DNA of 64,000 nucleotides from Lama glama (taxonomy: Eukaryota): NCBI GenBank assembly GCA_028534125.1, contig CM052817.1, forward strand, positions 74,712,001 to 74,776,000, given 5' to 3'. Shown piece by piece: positions 14,201-27,129 of the stretch. The notes under the pieces are model-generated. The model saw only the letters and a program-made list of their open reading frames with translations, was not told the DNA's origin and did not search any database. Every line of letters starts with the position of its first letter. The first letter of the stretch is position 1. A program made the translations under genes and the position numbers.

Positions 14201-15209
14201 TTTCTGGACCTCACCTTTCATTACATCCCCAAATATGATCATTTCCCCCAGCCTGCCCTGTGTTCTATGTTTCTGTATCCTGGCAGTGGCTACCAGGTGA
14301 TCATCCAAGTTGGAAACATTGCAGTTATATCTGTTTTTTTTTTTCATTTCTTTGACATTTAATCCAGACTCTTACTGACTCCTTGCCAGCTTTTCCACTA
14401 CACCACTTCCCCTGTCTGTTTAATCCCACTGCCATTTTGACAAAGGGAGGGCAGTTTCTTTTTGGCCATTAATGTGATCTTTTGAATGATCTTCCCAACA
14501 TGTCTCTTCTTTTTTTTAATCCTCCCCAGAACTCTGGCTTAATAGCCAGTCTCTCTAATCTGTTGGTCCCTGGTTCTAAGAACCAGGCTACTTGTCATTC
14601 TGAGCACCCATGAACGAGGTTCACCTTCCAGTCTAACTTCCAACCAAACACCCCTGTCCTGCACACTCTTTCCAAGTGAATTTGTTTTGGGATACTCTCG
14701 CTCGCCCACCTCCTGGTGGAAATTAGTTCTACGTTTAAATAATGCAAACTCTAATCAGGGATCCATGCTCAGAAAGACTTTGGCCATGTGTCGAAGATTG
14801 GCACACAAATGTGCAGTTACGTATTTTAAATTAAAGTGGTGATATAATATTTTATCACTTTTTGTGATTTCCCCCTGCAGTTGATTTATTAATCATTTGA
14901 GAGAGTTTTCTTTATACAGACACACATATATATACATACATAAATAGCTACAGCCTATAATGTCACATAAGGTTCAGAGTGCTTGTCAACTCCTTTTTGT
15001 CTGTTTAATAAACATAATAATCTCACACTGTCACTTAATGTTATTTCAAGTCAGGACAAAATTAAATCTTGCTGCTAAAAGAAAAAGGTGTTGGGACAAA
15101 GTTCTGCCATTTTTCCTCCATCCCTCTCTTTTAGAATCTACTAAATTTACCCCTCTTCCTGACTGAGACTCATTGACTAATGGAGAGAGGGATTCCATGT
15201 GTATAAGAG

Positions 15210-15410
15210 GTATGGTATGGCGTAGGAGCGTGGGACTTGGAGTCAGGAAACCTTGAGCCTGAGTCTTGACTTTGTAATCCTGGTCAGGTGACTTTGTCTC
15301 TCTAATTTGCATTTTCCTCATCTGTTTAAAATTGATTTTGCTGTGCTAACGTAAGGTAATGTGTGGAAGGCACTTAACCCAGCACCTGGCACTTAACCAA
15401 GGATAGTTGT
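15210..15410 (+). mobile_element. MIR SINE
   Basis: ggacttggagtcagga...ttttcctcatctgtttaaaa...tgtgtggaaggcacttaacccagcacctggcac. Confidence 0.7.
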
Positions 15411-15502
15411 TTTTTTTTACCTTCCCCAATTTTAAATTTAGGGAGTCATGATCCTGAGCTTGTCTCGACGTGATCATTCTATGTCTTGCCTCCCCTCCGC
15501 AG

Positions 15503-15866
15503 CTACCGCCAGAGGGCTCGGAAGCTTTCAGAAATCCACAAGGATCAACCTGGTCACCCCGTCAATCGGACAGTCTATTGGATCGATTACATCCTCCGTC
15601 ACAACGGAGCCCATCACCTACGGGCCGCCGTTCATAAAATCTCTTTCTGTCAGTATTTTTTACTGGATGTTGCCTTTGTGCTTCTGCTTGGTGCTGCCTT
15701 GTTTTACTTCCTCTTGTCCTGGGTGACAAAATTTATCTACAGAAAAATCAAAAGTTTGTGGTCGAGAAATAAGCATAGCACGGTTAATGGACATTACCAT
15801 AATGGCATTCTCAATGGCAAGTACAAAAGAAACGGCCATATTAAACATGAAAAGAAGGTGAAATGA
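15503..15866 (+). CDS. UGT8: UGT8 last coding exon (transmembrane helix and C-terminal dilysine ER-retrieval motif KKVK)
   Basis: cctccgcag acceptor; YRQRARKLSEIHKDQPGHPVNRTVYWIDYILRHNGAHHLR...FLLDVAFVLLLGAALFYFLLSWV...HEKKVK then TGA at 15864-15866. Confidence 0.98.
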
Positions 15867-17805
15867 GCCAACAGCCTACACGATAGTAACAAATCTGTTC
15901 AGGCATTGAATTTTTATGGCTATAATTTAGTCTAACCACCACTAAAAGTAAAACATCAGTAAACAATTCTAACACCCCCTTATCTGATCTTACTAATGAA
16001 ATTCTGTGGAATTAAGATGGCTGTAAAAAAGCACAAACCTAAAATGCAAAAAAATGTATTTTATTTGAATACTGATGCAGAGAGTGTTGGCACTGAACCT
16101 TGTAGAAGCCTTAATTATTTAAATCAATTAAGTGACTGTGTCAGACCTTAGTTTTAAATCTTGATATATGTATATCCCAGTAAGGAAGGGTTTCTTTTCT
16201 CTTAAAAAGACTCGTTTGTGTGTGTATGTGTGTGTGTGTTTCCTAATTCAGAGGATTTTAGCTGGCTGCTCGTTATATTTGTTGTAGGTACAACATGTTC
16301 ACAAATGAAATAGAAAGTTAGGATCCAAATGTTTCTTTTCTAAATTTTAATATATATGGGAACTCAGAACACTACCGTGAAAGAACACTTTTCCCTCAAA
16401 AGTGAATGCAGAGGAAGAAAATGGAAAGATAAATGGCACCAGTTTTTATCCTTTTAGGGGGTTTTGTTTATTTGTTTCAGTTTTTGTTTTGTTTTGTTTT
16501 GTTCTTTTGTTCTTGTTTTCCTCTTCTTACAGACCATTGACACTTCTCGGGGAAAAACATGCACCTAAGTAAATATATGAATTGATTGTCACATTTTACT
16601 TTTGTTTCCCCCTCCTGCCAATAATTTGCCTCTGGGAGAATTTTTATAGTTTTTTTCTACTTCGTTTTAATGAATAGCATTATGTTAAGTATATAATTAA
16701 GACAAAGCAACAAAGCTCTGACTTTTGTTCAAAATCCTGAAGATTACTGCTTATGTGGCATTTTAAAACAGGGTCATTATTTGCATGTTTTTGTAACGGT
16801 TTGATGGCTTTTCTGTAACGTAATTTTTGAATGTTCAGGTGTGATAATCCCAAAGTTTTAAGTTTAAAACCACCTTCTTCATCCCATTTTGTCATCTGGG
16901 CCATGCAGTCTCTCTGACATAGGTGCCAACATTAGATTCTTTTCACCGGACCACTCGCAGTTCCCATATGGGCTCCTGCCTTGTCTGAGAGGTTTGGGGT
17001 CTGGTTAGCAGGTCAAGCTCAACCCAATAGAAAGAAGTGACGGAAGACTTGTACCACTTGTTTGGCAAATGCCTTCTTCCTTCCCTCCTCACTCCCTCCA
17101 CTCCCACCTCGGCAGGCTCTTCGATCTGTTTGGTGACAGGGGACAGTGACAGTATTCATGTGATAATAGGGGTTATCACAGACATCAGAGTATCAGGACC
17201 ACCCGACCAAACCATTCCTTGTTGGCAACTATGAGTTTATCCCGTGTCATTCTGTTTACTTAGCATTTGCACTGCACGTGTTGAGTGTATGCTTTATTTA
17301 TTTGTAGTTTGAAATCTTATGTCTGACCAGAGTAGAATAGAACATTTACCTAATGACATTCACTAACATGGGAAGAGTTGTGAAAATTCTAGAATGCTGT
17401 AAATCCTTGTCATACACTATGACATACAACTTCATCACACGCCCACCAGGAGCCGCTCTCCTGTACTTAGAAATAATGTCACAAGTAGTTTTCTAATGTA
17501 CAATGCAGGCAAATATATTGCTCCCTGAATACTTGAAGAAATGGTATTACACATATAAGCCTATTAGTTATACCTTTTCACAATCTTATAATATTGCCAT
17601 TAAAGGGGAAAAAAGACACAGGCAATGAATGGTGGGATGGTAACAGGACTTAGAGTGTATGAATGAGTTGATTTTGCTTTTTTGGAATTGGATGAAGTGG
17701 ACAGTAGGCACTTAATTGGATGATTAAGCATAAGTTAATCTCCACTGTGATAAAAACTTAAACAATAAACATGATTTAAAAATAGAGAAATGTTGTTGGA
17801 ATAAA
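15867..17805 (+). other. UGT8: UGT8 3' UTR, ending near AATAAA signals at 17764-17769 and 17800-17805
   Basis: About 1.9 kb of AT-rich, interspersed-repeat-poor sequence after the stop, with two AATAAA hexamers followed by T/GT-rich sequence; the true cleavage site cannot be determined here. Confidence 0.65.
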
Positions 17806-20800
17806 ATTTTTATTCAGATTTTATTTCACAATATTATGTATATTCATTATAAACATGTTTCTGAGACAGGTCTCCCAACTTTTATATGTGTATATGAGTG
17901 TGAAAACAGTGTGTTACATGTGAGAATGTTTTTTTTTATTATTATTAAACAGAAGGATTTACCTTACAAGTACATCAACATGAATCATAAAATTGTCCCA
18001 GAATTAAGAATGTTAAGTGTAGGTATTTACTGATCATTGTTGTTTTTTTCTAGTAAGCTTATTGTTAGCCAGTTTTGGTAAAGAGTGATTTTAAATTTTC
18101 CACACTTGGGCTAGATTCTCTAATAAAAGTAAAGTTTTCAAGAAGGTATTTATTCATTTATTTTTCAAAAAGATCCTCTACAAATATTTCTATAGCTGGT
18201 CATCATCATGTCAAGTGCAAATGAGAATTAAGACATCAATCCTTTTTGCCTCTGGAGCCATAACTTTTACTCTCCCTCCCCGTAGACACAGAGGCAGAAT
18301 CTGGATATCCAGGATGGGAGGGGAGTAATACTTGGGTTCAAGCAACGGTTTATGGCTGAAGTTGAAGAAATCTAGAGATTCTCTCTTGCGGATGTAGACA
18401 CATTGTATTCCAATTTCAGGACATTCGCCCCTCCCAAGTACAACATTGATCATTTTCTGGTAAAATCTCTGCTGATATTTATTTATTAACTTAGGTTTGG
18501 GGTTACTGTCCTTAAAGAATTGTCTCCAAACCTTACCCAGCCCCCTCCCCCTGCCCTCAGATTGTGATAAACAACCCCCCTCTCCAACTGAGCTGGACTC
18601 TCCCCCACTGGATCCTCAGAGGGCTCCGATTCGAAACAGCTATTCATGTGATCTGACACCTGCCCTGGCCCTCCTCTTTCCCTGCCGGGAGCCAGTAGTG
18701 GTGAGGCACCGCGGAGACAAGAGGTATTTTCCCATCCTGGTGTTTTCCCACCCATTACTGTCTCCGCCAAAACTGCAAGAATATTTGTGCTCAGATGACC
18801 CGATAGATGACCTGTCTCAGTGCGCAGCTTCCAGCTTTGCATTATAATTAGACACATTAGACGTTGCAGTTAGACACTGTGGGGCATAAAACTTGGCAAT
18901 GAAGTCAACATGAAAGAAGTTCAGTTTGTTGTGAAGCATTTTGCAGACCATTGTACAGTAAGTACCTCTTCTGAAATACACAATTGTAGCGAACTGAAGA
19001 AAGAATATTTATCCACAAGAACTTAGGAACTGCCTTGAAGGGGTGGGAGCGGAAATTATTTGACTTTCAGTGATACCAGTCACGTCCCAGTCAACATGCT
19101 AAGTATCAGGGAAGTTTGCAGATGATAAGAGCAACCTCTCCTTCACAGAGCTTGTGATCTGGTGGGAGACAAGGACACATTGGTACTTAAAAGGCAAAGC
19201 GCTCTATGTATGATGTTTGTGCAGATGTATGTGCAGGGCACTCGGGGACACTCAGGAGGCAAGAATACATATCAGAGAGCCTTTGTGTGCACCACAGACC
19301 TCCACACTCACTCCTGGCTTGTGATGTAACACCCATGCCATCTGTTGCTTCATCAGGAATATTCTCAGGAATTCATTTTTTGAGTCGTATCTCAAACTCA
19401 AGCGCTGGTTGTTTGAGAGTCTAGACTTTGAAGGCTCACTCCAACATTTACTAATCTGTATCTTCTGAACTCCTTATTTGTATGACAACGATTACTCCAT
19501 GAGCTTATCATAAATACATACACACACACGTGCCCACACACATACTCTGTGCCAGCCACTACACTAAATGTTTACAATAGTTTGTGTGTGTGTGTGTTTA
19601 AAACATTTAGCATAATGGCCAGCACAGAATGAGTCCTCAAATCTATGGTAATGGTTCTGGATATACTAAATAGACTAACTTCATATTTGTTGTGCTTTCA
19701 GTTTGTGGAAGTTCTTATTTAAGAAATACATTTTATTCATTCATTCACCAACCGTTGACCAAGCCTTCTGTTCAGCTGGTGGTATTTTAGGTGCCAGTGG
19801 TGCAGGGGCTATCACAGTTATGTCTTGTCTTCTCTCTTTATAGCTCAGCTATTCACCAAATCCCAAAATGCGAACTGAAATTGAATGACTCCACTTCGAA
19901 AAGATTTAAAAACGAGAGAACTGAAATAAAGTGACAAAACAACTTCAAGGGAAAATACAGTGGTCTGCTTTATTATTGAAAATATAATTAATTTATTTTT
20001 TCTTGTTTCTAAGTAATTCAGCTGGTTTGTAAATACAAAATCACATTAAGAGAATGCTTTTTTTTGCAGTTGGTATAATCAAAAACAAGTTGAAATAGAA
20101 AACTTAAATCTTATATGACAAAGTTTAAGAATAAATGAGTTCTATTAGTGAAATTCTCCAGAATATGCATTATCCTCCTTTCTTCTGAGATGGTAAAAAT
20201 TTAAGCCAGCTTTTAAAGACATCATTTCATGCAAAAATGCTAGTGAAAATTTTGGCAGACAGCAAAACATTTTTCTAAAAAATTTTAGTTAGCAGTGCCT
20301 CAGAAATCCACACAATTAAGATATTCATATTGTCATTTTTCTACAAATTCTGCAAAATGTTACAATTTCCCAGTAACTTGGGTATTTGAGCTTCTGACTT
20401 GGGGCAGGGGGAGACTAGCTTGAGTGCTCTTAATTTTCAAAATATGGAAACCAAAAGGCACACAATAAGTATATAATTTGCACTCTTTACCTTTGGGTGA
20501 ATAAGACATAATTTAAGAAATAATTCACATAATCCAGGAGATTTCTGATAATATGCCTAGTTTGATTAAACTGGCAGATTTATTCAACAAGCAATATATA
20601 ATCCAAGTTCATACTGAAAAATCAGAACTACATGTAAAATTATACTGTGTTATTTACATAAAAGAATTACAGTGTAAATCTACTCAAAGTCTAACACCAA
20701 CATTAAATATCTCAGGTGTTACAAAGCATTTTCATTTATTAAGTAATAGAACCTGAAGCCCTCACTGAATTTTGTACAATAAAAAATATTTTATTGCTAT

Positions 20801-23712
20801 GTTAGTTTCTATCTACAATTAGTTTTTACTCTCAGTAACCCTATTTTGTGCAATAAGTGATCATTTCTTATTACTAAGGCAGAATTACCTTAAATTCAAT
20901 ATAATATCCACACTTTGAAAAGGAAATGTCCACTAAGCCATGAGTCAGTTCTAATATTATGATCAATTTTCCATCTAGGTCAAAAATAAGTAAAAGACAA
21001 CATAACAAAAAAGTTTCTTATTGAGATCCTAGATACAAACATAATTTTGATATTGAAGGCTCTGTTACTCTTAGCACTGCGATAGAATGTCAAATAACTA
21101 AAATGTTACAAAGGAAGAATTTTCTATATTTATGCTAATTCTGCTTTAGATGCCCTCATGGAACTGTGGCTGAAGTTGATGCTATTCTTTACTTTTAGCA
21201 GAAAATGGTAACTTTGAGTATAAACATATCAGATAAATAGCATGTAACATTAAATTCCATGTTAACGATGATGTGTGATGTTGTGTTTCTGGGTGACGTC
21301 TATGCATTTTGTTCACACATCGAAGGAACTGGTAGAGACCAGGTGTCTAGAAAAGCCCAAGGCTGTGAAATCATACAAATCATCAATTCTGCTTCCAACT
21401 CTGACTCCCTCTGGATATAACAAGTTCAACTTATGAACGAGAAGGTGGTTCTAGGTACTTAAATATGCCAATGTAAACAACTGGCTCAAGCGTTGTCCAA
21501 TAGAAAAAAAAAGCAAATACAAATTATATATGTGTGAGAAAAAAATACATAATGCTAATACTAACCTGTGTGTGTGCATGTGTGTAGTTAGCATCTAAGC
21601 TATACTAAACAATTTTTTAGAATTAAATTCTAAAAACTGAAACCAAAAATTCTTACTCTGCTTTTTTTTTTTTTTCAAAGGAGTGACAGTATTACGGACT
21701 TAAAGTCTATTTCGAGAAACAAAAACCTCTTTGCCACTGAATCATGTTCAAAAGAACTAGAGACTTTTAGCATCGAAGTCAGACATACCTCAGTGACACT
21801 TCTTGCTACAATATTGTGAAATAGGATGAACTTACTGTAAAATAAAATCAAGCTACTACTCTGAGTATATTCTTCTTTCTGGAACTCCCATCTTCTTATT
21901 TATTCTAGAATAAAAACCAGTTTGAGATTTAGAAGTTTAAACTAGATCCTAGCTACGAGTAACATCTCTTGCAATGAATTCAACTGACAGTTTCTCAATG
22001 TGGGGTCTCAAGAAGTGAGAGCGAGGAAGAAACTGACTCACGTACCTCTGGGTAGATTCACAGATCCAAGAGAATGGCTGAGTCAGCCTGGCCATTTGTG
22101 AAAGCACACGTAACTTCAGGATTGCGTGTGATTCCAGAGTTCATGTGACATATTGTACAACCTGCCTTCCTCCCTTACCTGCCTCCTCTCTTTTTTTTCC
22201 AAGCTTTTAGTTTCTTCTTCTGGGTTTTCTACTGTTCAGTGTTTTCTAAGTTGCCCTACCATTTCCAGGATCATGGCGTATAGTTGTGCTTATGGGTTTA
22301 ACAATGCCTTTGTTTCTTAAATGGAGTGTGGAAACACAACTGGAGGTTCAAGTGTTCCAAATTACGGAATGCCAGATAGAGAAAATGTTCAACTGTGTTG
22401 AAAAATCTGTTGTCTGCACGAGCTGAATGCCACTCAGAATGGAAGGTCCATCGGAAACAGTAACGTGCAGATGGTGCTTCTCTGCAGGTTTGGAAGGAAA
22501 CGCTACACTGGGCAGGGCGCCGCCTGGCCCTCTGGTTAGGGGACCCCGTGACCTGGTCAGGGGGCGTAGCTTAGTGATCTTTAAACTGTCATGCAGTGTA
22601 TACCCTTTCTTAACTCCCACTTGGTCAATTAACATTTTTATACAACAAGTTTGTACAGAGACCTTATCTTTCTCCGGTGGGAGCCTGCCTATGTTCATTA
22701 CTGGGGTTCCAAAAAGAATCTTCTGCACCAGGCAGCACTGTATCTCTGGCTCTCTAACTCTCATTGATTTAGTGTCACCCGTGCCTCTGATATTAACAGA
22801 AGATGCTGGGAATGCAGCCAGCTGTCAGGCAGAGCCAGAGAAAGGCCCAGGCCTGACAGGTGGCAGGCAGGCAAACCCCTTTCTCAAGCCAGGTTGGCAG
22901 CGCACTCACCTTCCCCACAGCAGCAGACAGAGCAAAGCAAGGACACCCGGGGAAGGAGGCAGCTGTTTCAGATCAAAAACTACCTCAGAATGGCTCTCAT
23001 GCTCTGGATGAATGGTTCCTCCAACCGTGCAATTTGTATTTTAAATAATAGCCCATCTTTTTTGTTGTTATTGTCTTTATTTTTTAAAATTTTTGTTGTT
23101 GTTGTTTTCACCAAAATGAAGGTGGGAAGCAATAAAATCAAGCAAACACCTTTAAAGGTCTTGAATATGGGACCCAGGGAAGTCAACGCGATTGGGCAAA
23201 TGCAAGACTTTGGCAATATCCAGGCATCGACAGCCATGTGGGTCCTATCATGTCATGGATGTTTCAGTGATGCCGTTTTCAGCATGAACAGATGTGATCC
23301 CAGAGCACTGGAGGGACAGGGAGCATCAGCGTGTGTGTCTGTGTGTGTGTGGAGATGGAGAAATGCAAAACACCTGTCTGCTGGCTATTGTTCATTTTCT
23401 CAAGCAAGAGGGAAATGACAGCAATTTAATAATTTATTATCCTCTGATTCTAAAAGTAAACAGATTAAATCTAGCATTTGATTACATGGAATATTGTCTC
23501 ATGGCCAACTGGGTTCTATTAACCCACCAGCTTCCGGTGTTAGCTCTAATATCTCTTCAAAAGAATAAAGATCTGGAAAAGTTTCCCTTTTACTTTTTTT
23601 CCACATTGGAATTTTCTCAGTTTATTGATCAAACCTTCCTTTTTTATAGCTGTCCATATTTCCTCCTGCTGTTCCTAACATCACTGGTTAAGAAACTACC
23701 CCTAGGTATTTA

Positions 23713-23753
23713 TTATAAATGTGGAATTCCTTCCACAACAGAGTCTATAAAAA
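23713..23753 (-). CDS. Candidate terminal coding exon of the EF-hand gene
   Basis: Long polypyrimidine acceptor tccctcatctgcttcttttctatttag; phase-1 entry gives (V)FIDSVVEGIPHL then TAA TAA; AATAAA overlaps the stop (23714-23709). Confidence 0.45.
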
Positions 23754-24261
23754 CTAAATAGAAAAGAAGCAGATGAGGGAAATAGTACAATTTAAGAGGT
23801 GTTTTTAGATTCTGTACGATTTCATGTCACTTACATTGCTGTCACTTTTTATTCTATCTCACGGATTGTAGCCTTCCAGTTTTCCTTTCACCTCATCGCT
23901 TTATACTACTTGAGCTTTAAAGTTCCAGTCTTAAGGGTGTCATCCTAAAATCCTCGTAGCAAGTACAGAGGACGACGGATCACTGTGCCTTTCCTTAACC
24001 TCCCTTCTGGTTCGAGGTTAAGGAAACCCTCTATTCATGCAATTAAACTGAATGACTTGTTTTCCTATTTATCACTGCGTTCAGAATGGGATGCTCTGTC
24101 TGATAATTTCGAGGTTTTCTTATAATCTTTGCTTTTGGAGTCAGTTGTGAACTAAAAATTTTAAGCTGTGGATTGCTTAGTTTGGGGCTGTTATACAGAA
24201 CTTTGTTCCAGGCTCCCTGTCCCCCGGCCTCACCAATGTTCCAGCCCCTGAAGCCCCTTAC

Positions 24262-24438
24262 CAGTCAGTCCAAACGCTCTGGTAAGTTCAGGGTAGGAGA
24301 ACGTCTTGTCGTCGTCAGCATCAAATAGCTCCAGTTGCTCTTGTTCTGGTGTCTCTTCTCCTAGGAGGCTCCCTATCTCACTGTAAGTCAAATAGCCGTT
24401 GGCATCGTGGTCAGCACCGTAGAAAAAGATTTGAAGAT
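24262..24438 (-). CDS. Exon of an unrecognised minus-strand gene encoding an EF-hand pair
   Basis: Acceptor tctttcatttccacag, donor G|gtaagg, 177 bp, phase 1 to 1, stop-free: (D)LQIFFYGADHDANGYLTYSEIGSLLGEETPEQEQLELFDADDDKTFSYPELTRAFGLT; two 12-residue loops DHDANGYLTYSE and DADDDKTFSYPE. Confidence 0.85.
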
Positions 24439-27129
24439 CTGTGGAAATGAAAGACTTTGCATGTTCCAACTCAGATTTTTGGTGTCAACCCAAACATCGA
24501 CCACCCTCCAAAACAGCACTTTGTCCCTGTCGGCTTAGGGTCTCTGTCCCTCAGACACAGCAAGGTCATTTTGCTGCACATCTCTTTAACAAGTCAGTTG
24601 ATTTTTACCTTTCTTTTAACACCAGCTTATCATGTCTCTTCATTCTACTCTGAATTATCTGATCATTTCCTATACTTGTTATCCTGTTATCTGTGTTCTC
24701 ATGGTGTTTTATAAGTAAACCATAAACTCAGTGTTTTTATTGTTTTCTATTTGCCTCACTGATTAGTATAAGCCTTTTAATGGAATATTCGTCTTTATGT
24801 ATACTACAGTCTTCAATATATTTATGGATCTTTATTCTCTACGAAAAACATCCATCTGACTAAATTCTAATGATCTTTCTATCCCAAATCCTTTACTTAT
24901 TTGCTTGTATTCACATCCTACCTCCTATTTTTCTAACATTTCTTCATGCTACATCAAAAGTAGCCCCCTCTTTTTGCTATCAATTCTGAACATACGGACA
25001 TCTCTTCTGCTAAGCTGGATGTCATCTACAACATTTATTTTAATTTACACATAATCAAATGTTGTTCCTCCATTTATAATGCCACTAAATAACATCCCTT
25101 TGTCAGTATTCTTATTATCCTCTCCATCTCACTGCTCTAAGTACTGCCTTTATTAAAGCACAATCAAACATTGTTTTCTGTGTTTCTAAAGTGCCAGGCA
25201 CGGTATGTGACACTGCGAATACAAGGGTGAAGAAGGCATAGACCCTGACTTCAAGGAGACAAAATCAGCAATTAAGACGTTTCAGCAAACAGTGGAATAT
25301 TTGTTGTGATGTAGGTGCAGACAATGTGCCATTAAGGCATAGAGGAGAACGAGGGAGCGTTCCACTCGGGGCTTGGTTTGGTTGAATTATAAAGAATGGA
25401 TAGAAATGCACCAGGCAGAGAAGTGGTTAGAGGTGATTTTTGGAGGGCATGATCCTACAGTCAAAGGCATTAACTTGTGGAGGAGTGGAGCACATTAAGA
25501 AACTGCCAGTAGCTTGTTCTGACAAGAGTGTATGTGGTGAAGAGATGACCACCATACTAAGGAAAAATATTTTCTGACAACAGTCTTCCCTTTGGCTCTT
25601 CAGTTGATCACCGCCAAACAGTCCGCTCCGCATTAGCTGTGCAGTGTCTCTCCTGGGACGCCCGTGTCCGGACCCCAGTGCCGAATACCTGGCCCTACAG
25701 AACAGCTGTCACCACTGTTGGTGTCAAGTTTCCTGTATTACAGAGCGTTTGATGTAACGTAAAGGCCCTTCTATCCTGCTAAACTGTAGAAAAAGACCAA
25801 ACTATAGCATCCTTAAGTTTACTTTTGCTTGGCTTAGGAAATCTGCAAAGTAGTGTGATAGTTGTGACAACTTCTTCTTTGCTAGTTTGAAGGAAAAGAA
25901 ATGAACATTTTTTCGTCTTAAAATATGAAAGAGTATGTTCAGGTAATGAAAGGATTTAGCAAAAGCAATAATTTATAAATTAGTTTTTACTTAACATGAT
26001 AAAGAGAAACAGATGCCGTGGAATAGGGACTGAGAGAGTACTCAAGAGTGACAGGGACGGAGCGAGCTTGATGACTATCTAGGCAGTCGTGGGTTAAACG
26101 CACGTGCAGAGATTACAACATGACGTTGTCCATGAGAAAAAGAGAAATCACTATGGCAACAACAATACTATACAAGAAATATAAGAACTGAATGTTCTAT
26201 ATTACAATGTTTAGGGACTTTAAACCTCGCCATGCGTATTATCCAGTTAGCGCTCGTTTTCTTCCTACAGTTCAGGCTCTGTTTTAGTAGTTATTATTGT
26301 TTTTACTCATCTCCATTTCACAAAAGCTTGTATTCCAAACACCGAACCCGGGTCCCAGCATCAGGTCAGCTGTGACTGCTAAAGCTTCCCCAGAGCATGG
26401 CAGGGACGGCTGGGCAAACCCAACCTCGGGGCGGCTGAAGGAACCACGTGTGGGAAATGAAGCGATTGTGACATCTGACCATTAATTCAATAGTGAGCTC
26501 TCTTCTCGGATACAATGACTTCCCTGCCAGTGGGTGAGTCGAGTTAGGCTATAAAGTTCAGAAAGTTTTCAGGAAAATTCCAGGAAGCGTCTACATGGAT
26601 CTTTTAACACTTTAAAAAATTTCATTTATTCATTTCTTTATTTTTAAAGGTATTTTTTATTGAAGTATAGTCCGTTTATAATGTTGTGTCTTCTAACACT
26701 TTACTCAGGTTTGATTAGCTTGTGTGACCTCGATGGGCCTGTTGTATCCCTGCAGCTGCCAATTAGTGACACTCCTCCTCAGGGAGGAAGGGAAAACAAT
26801 CTGACAAAACAAACAATAAGCAAAATTTGCACACATTCCCTCTTAGTGCCTAAATTAAATTATCTAGACTTCACTTTGGAATTCTTCATTCTTGTCACGT
26901 CCTCAAAATATGCAAATGGGAATATATAGGAGGCGTTTGAATATACAAATCTGTAACTCAGGAATGAAAGCTTGGCCGGAGAAACACATTCAAGATTTAG
27001 CCACAAATAAAGACTGAATTAAATGGTGGCAGAAGGAAAGTGCTTGGCATGTAGAACACAGTATCAGTTGTTTCTTGTCTCTGTTCTCATCTCTTCCTCT
27101 TCCTCATGTCCTCTCTTGATTATGACATT

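Noticed and set aside
18211..18857. ORFs of 80-123 aa on both strands just past the UGT8 3' end
   Set aside because: No recognisable motifs or strong splice signals; explained by locally higher GC
22427..23761. Overlapping + strand ORFs of 155-194 aa
   Set aside because: No recognisable domain, they run through simple repeats, and there is no supporting exon structure
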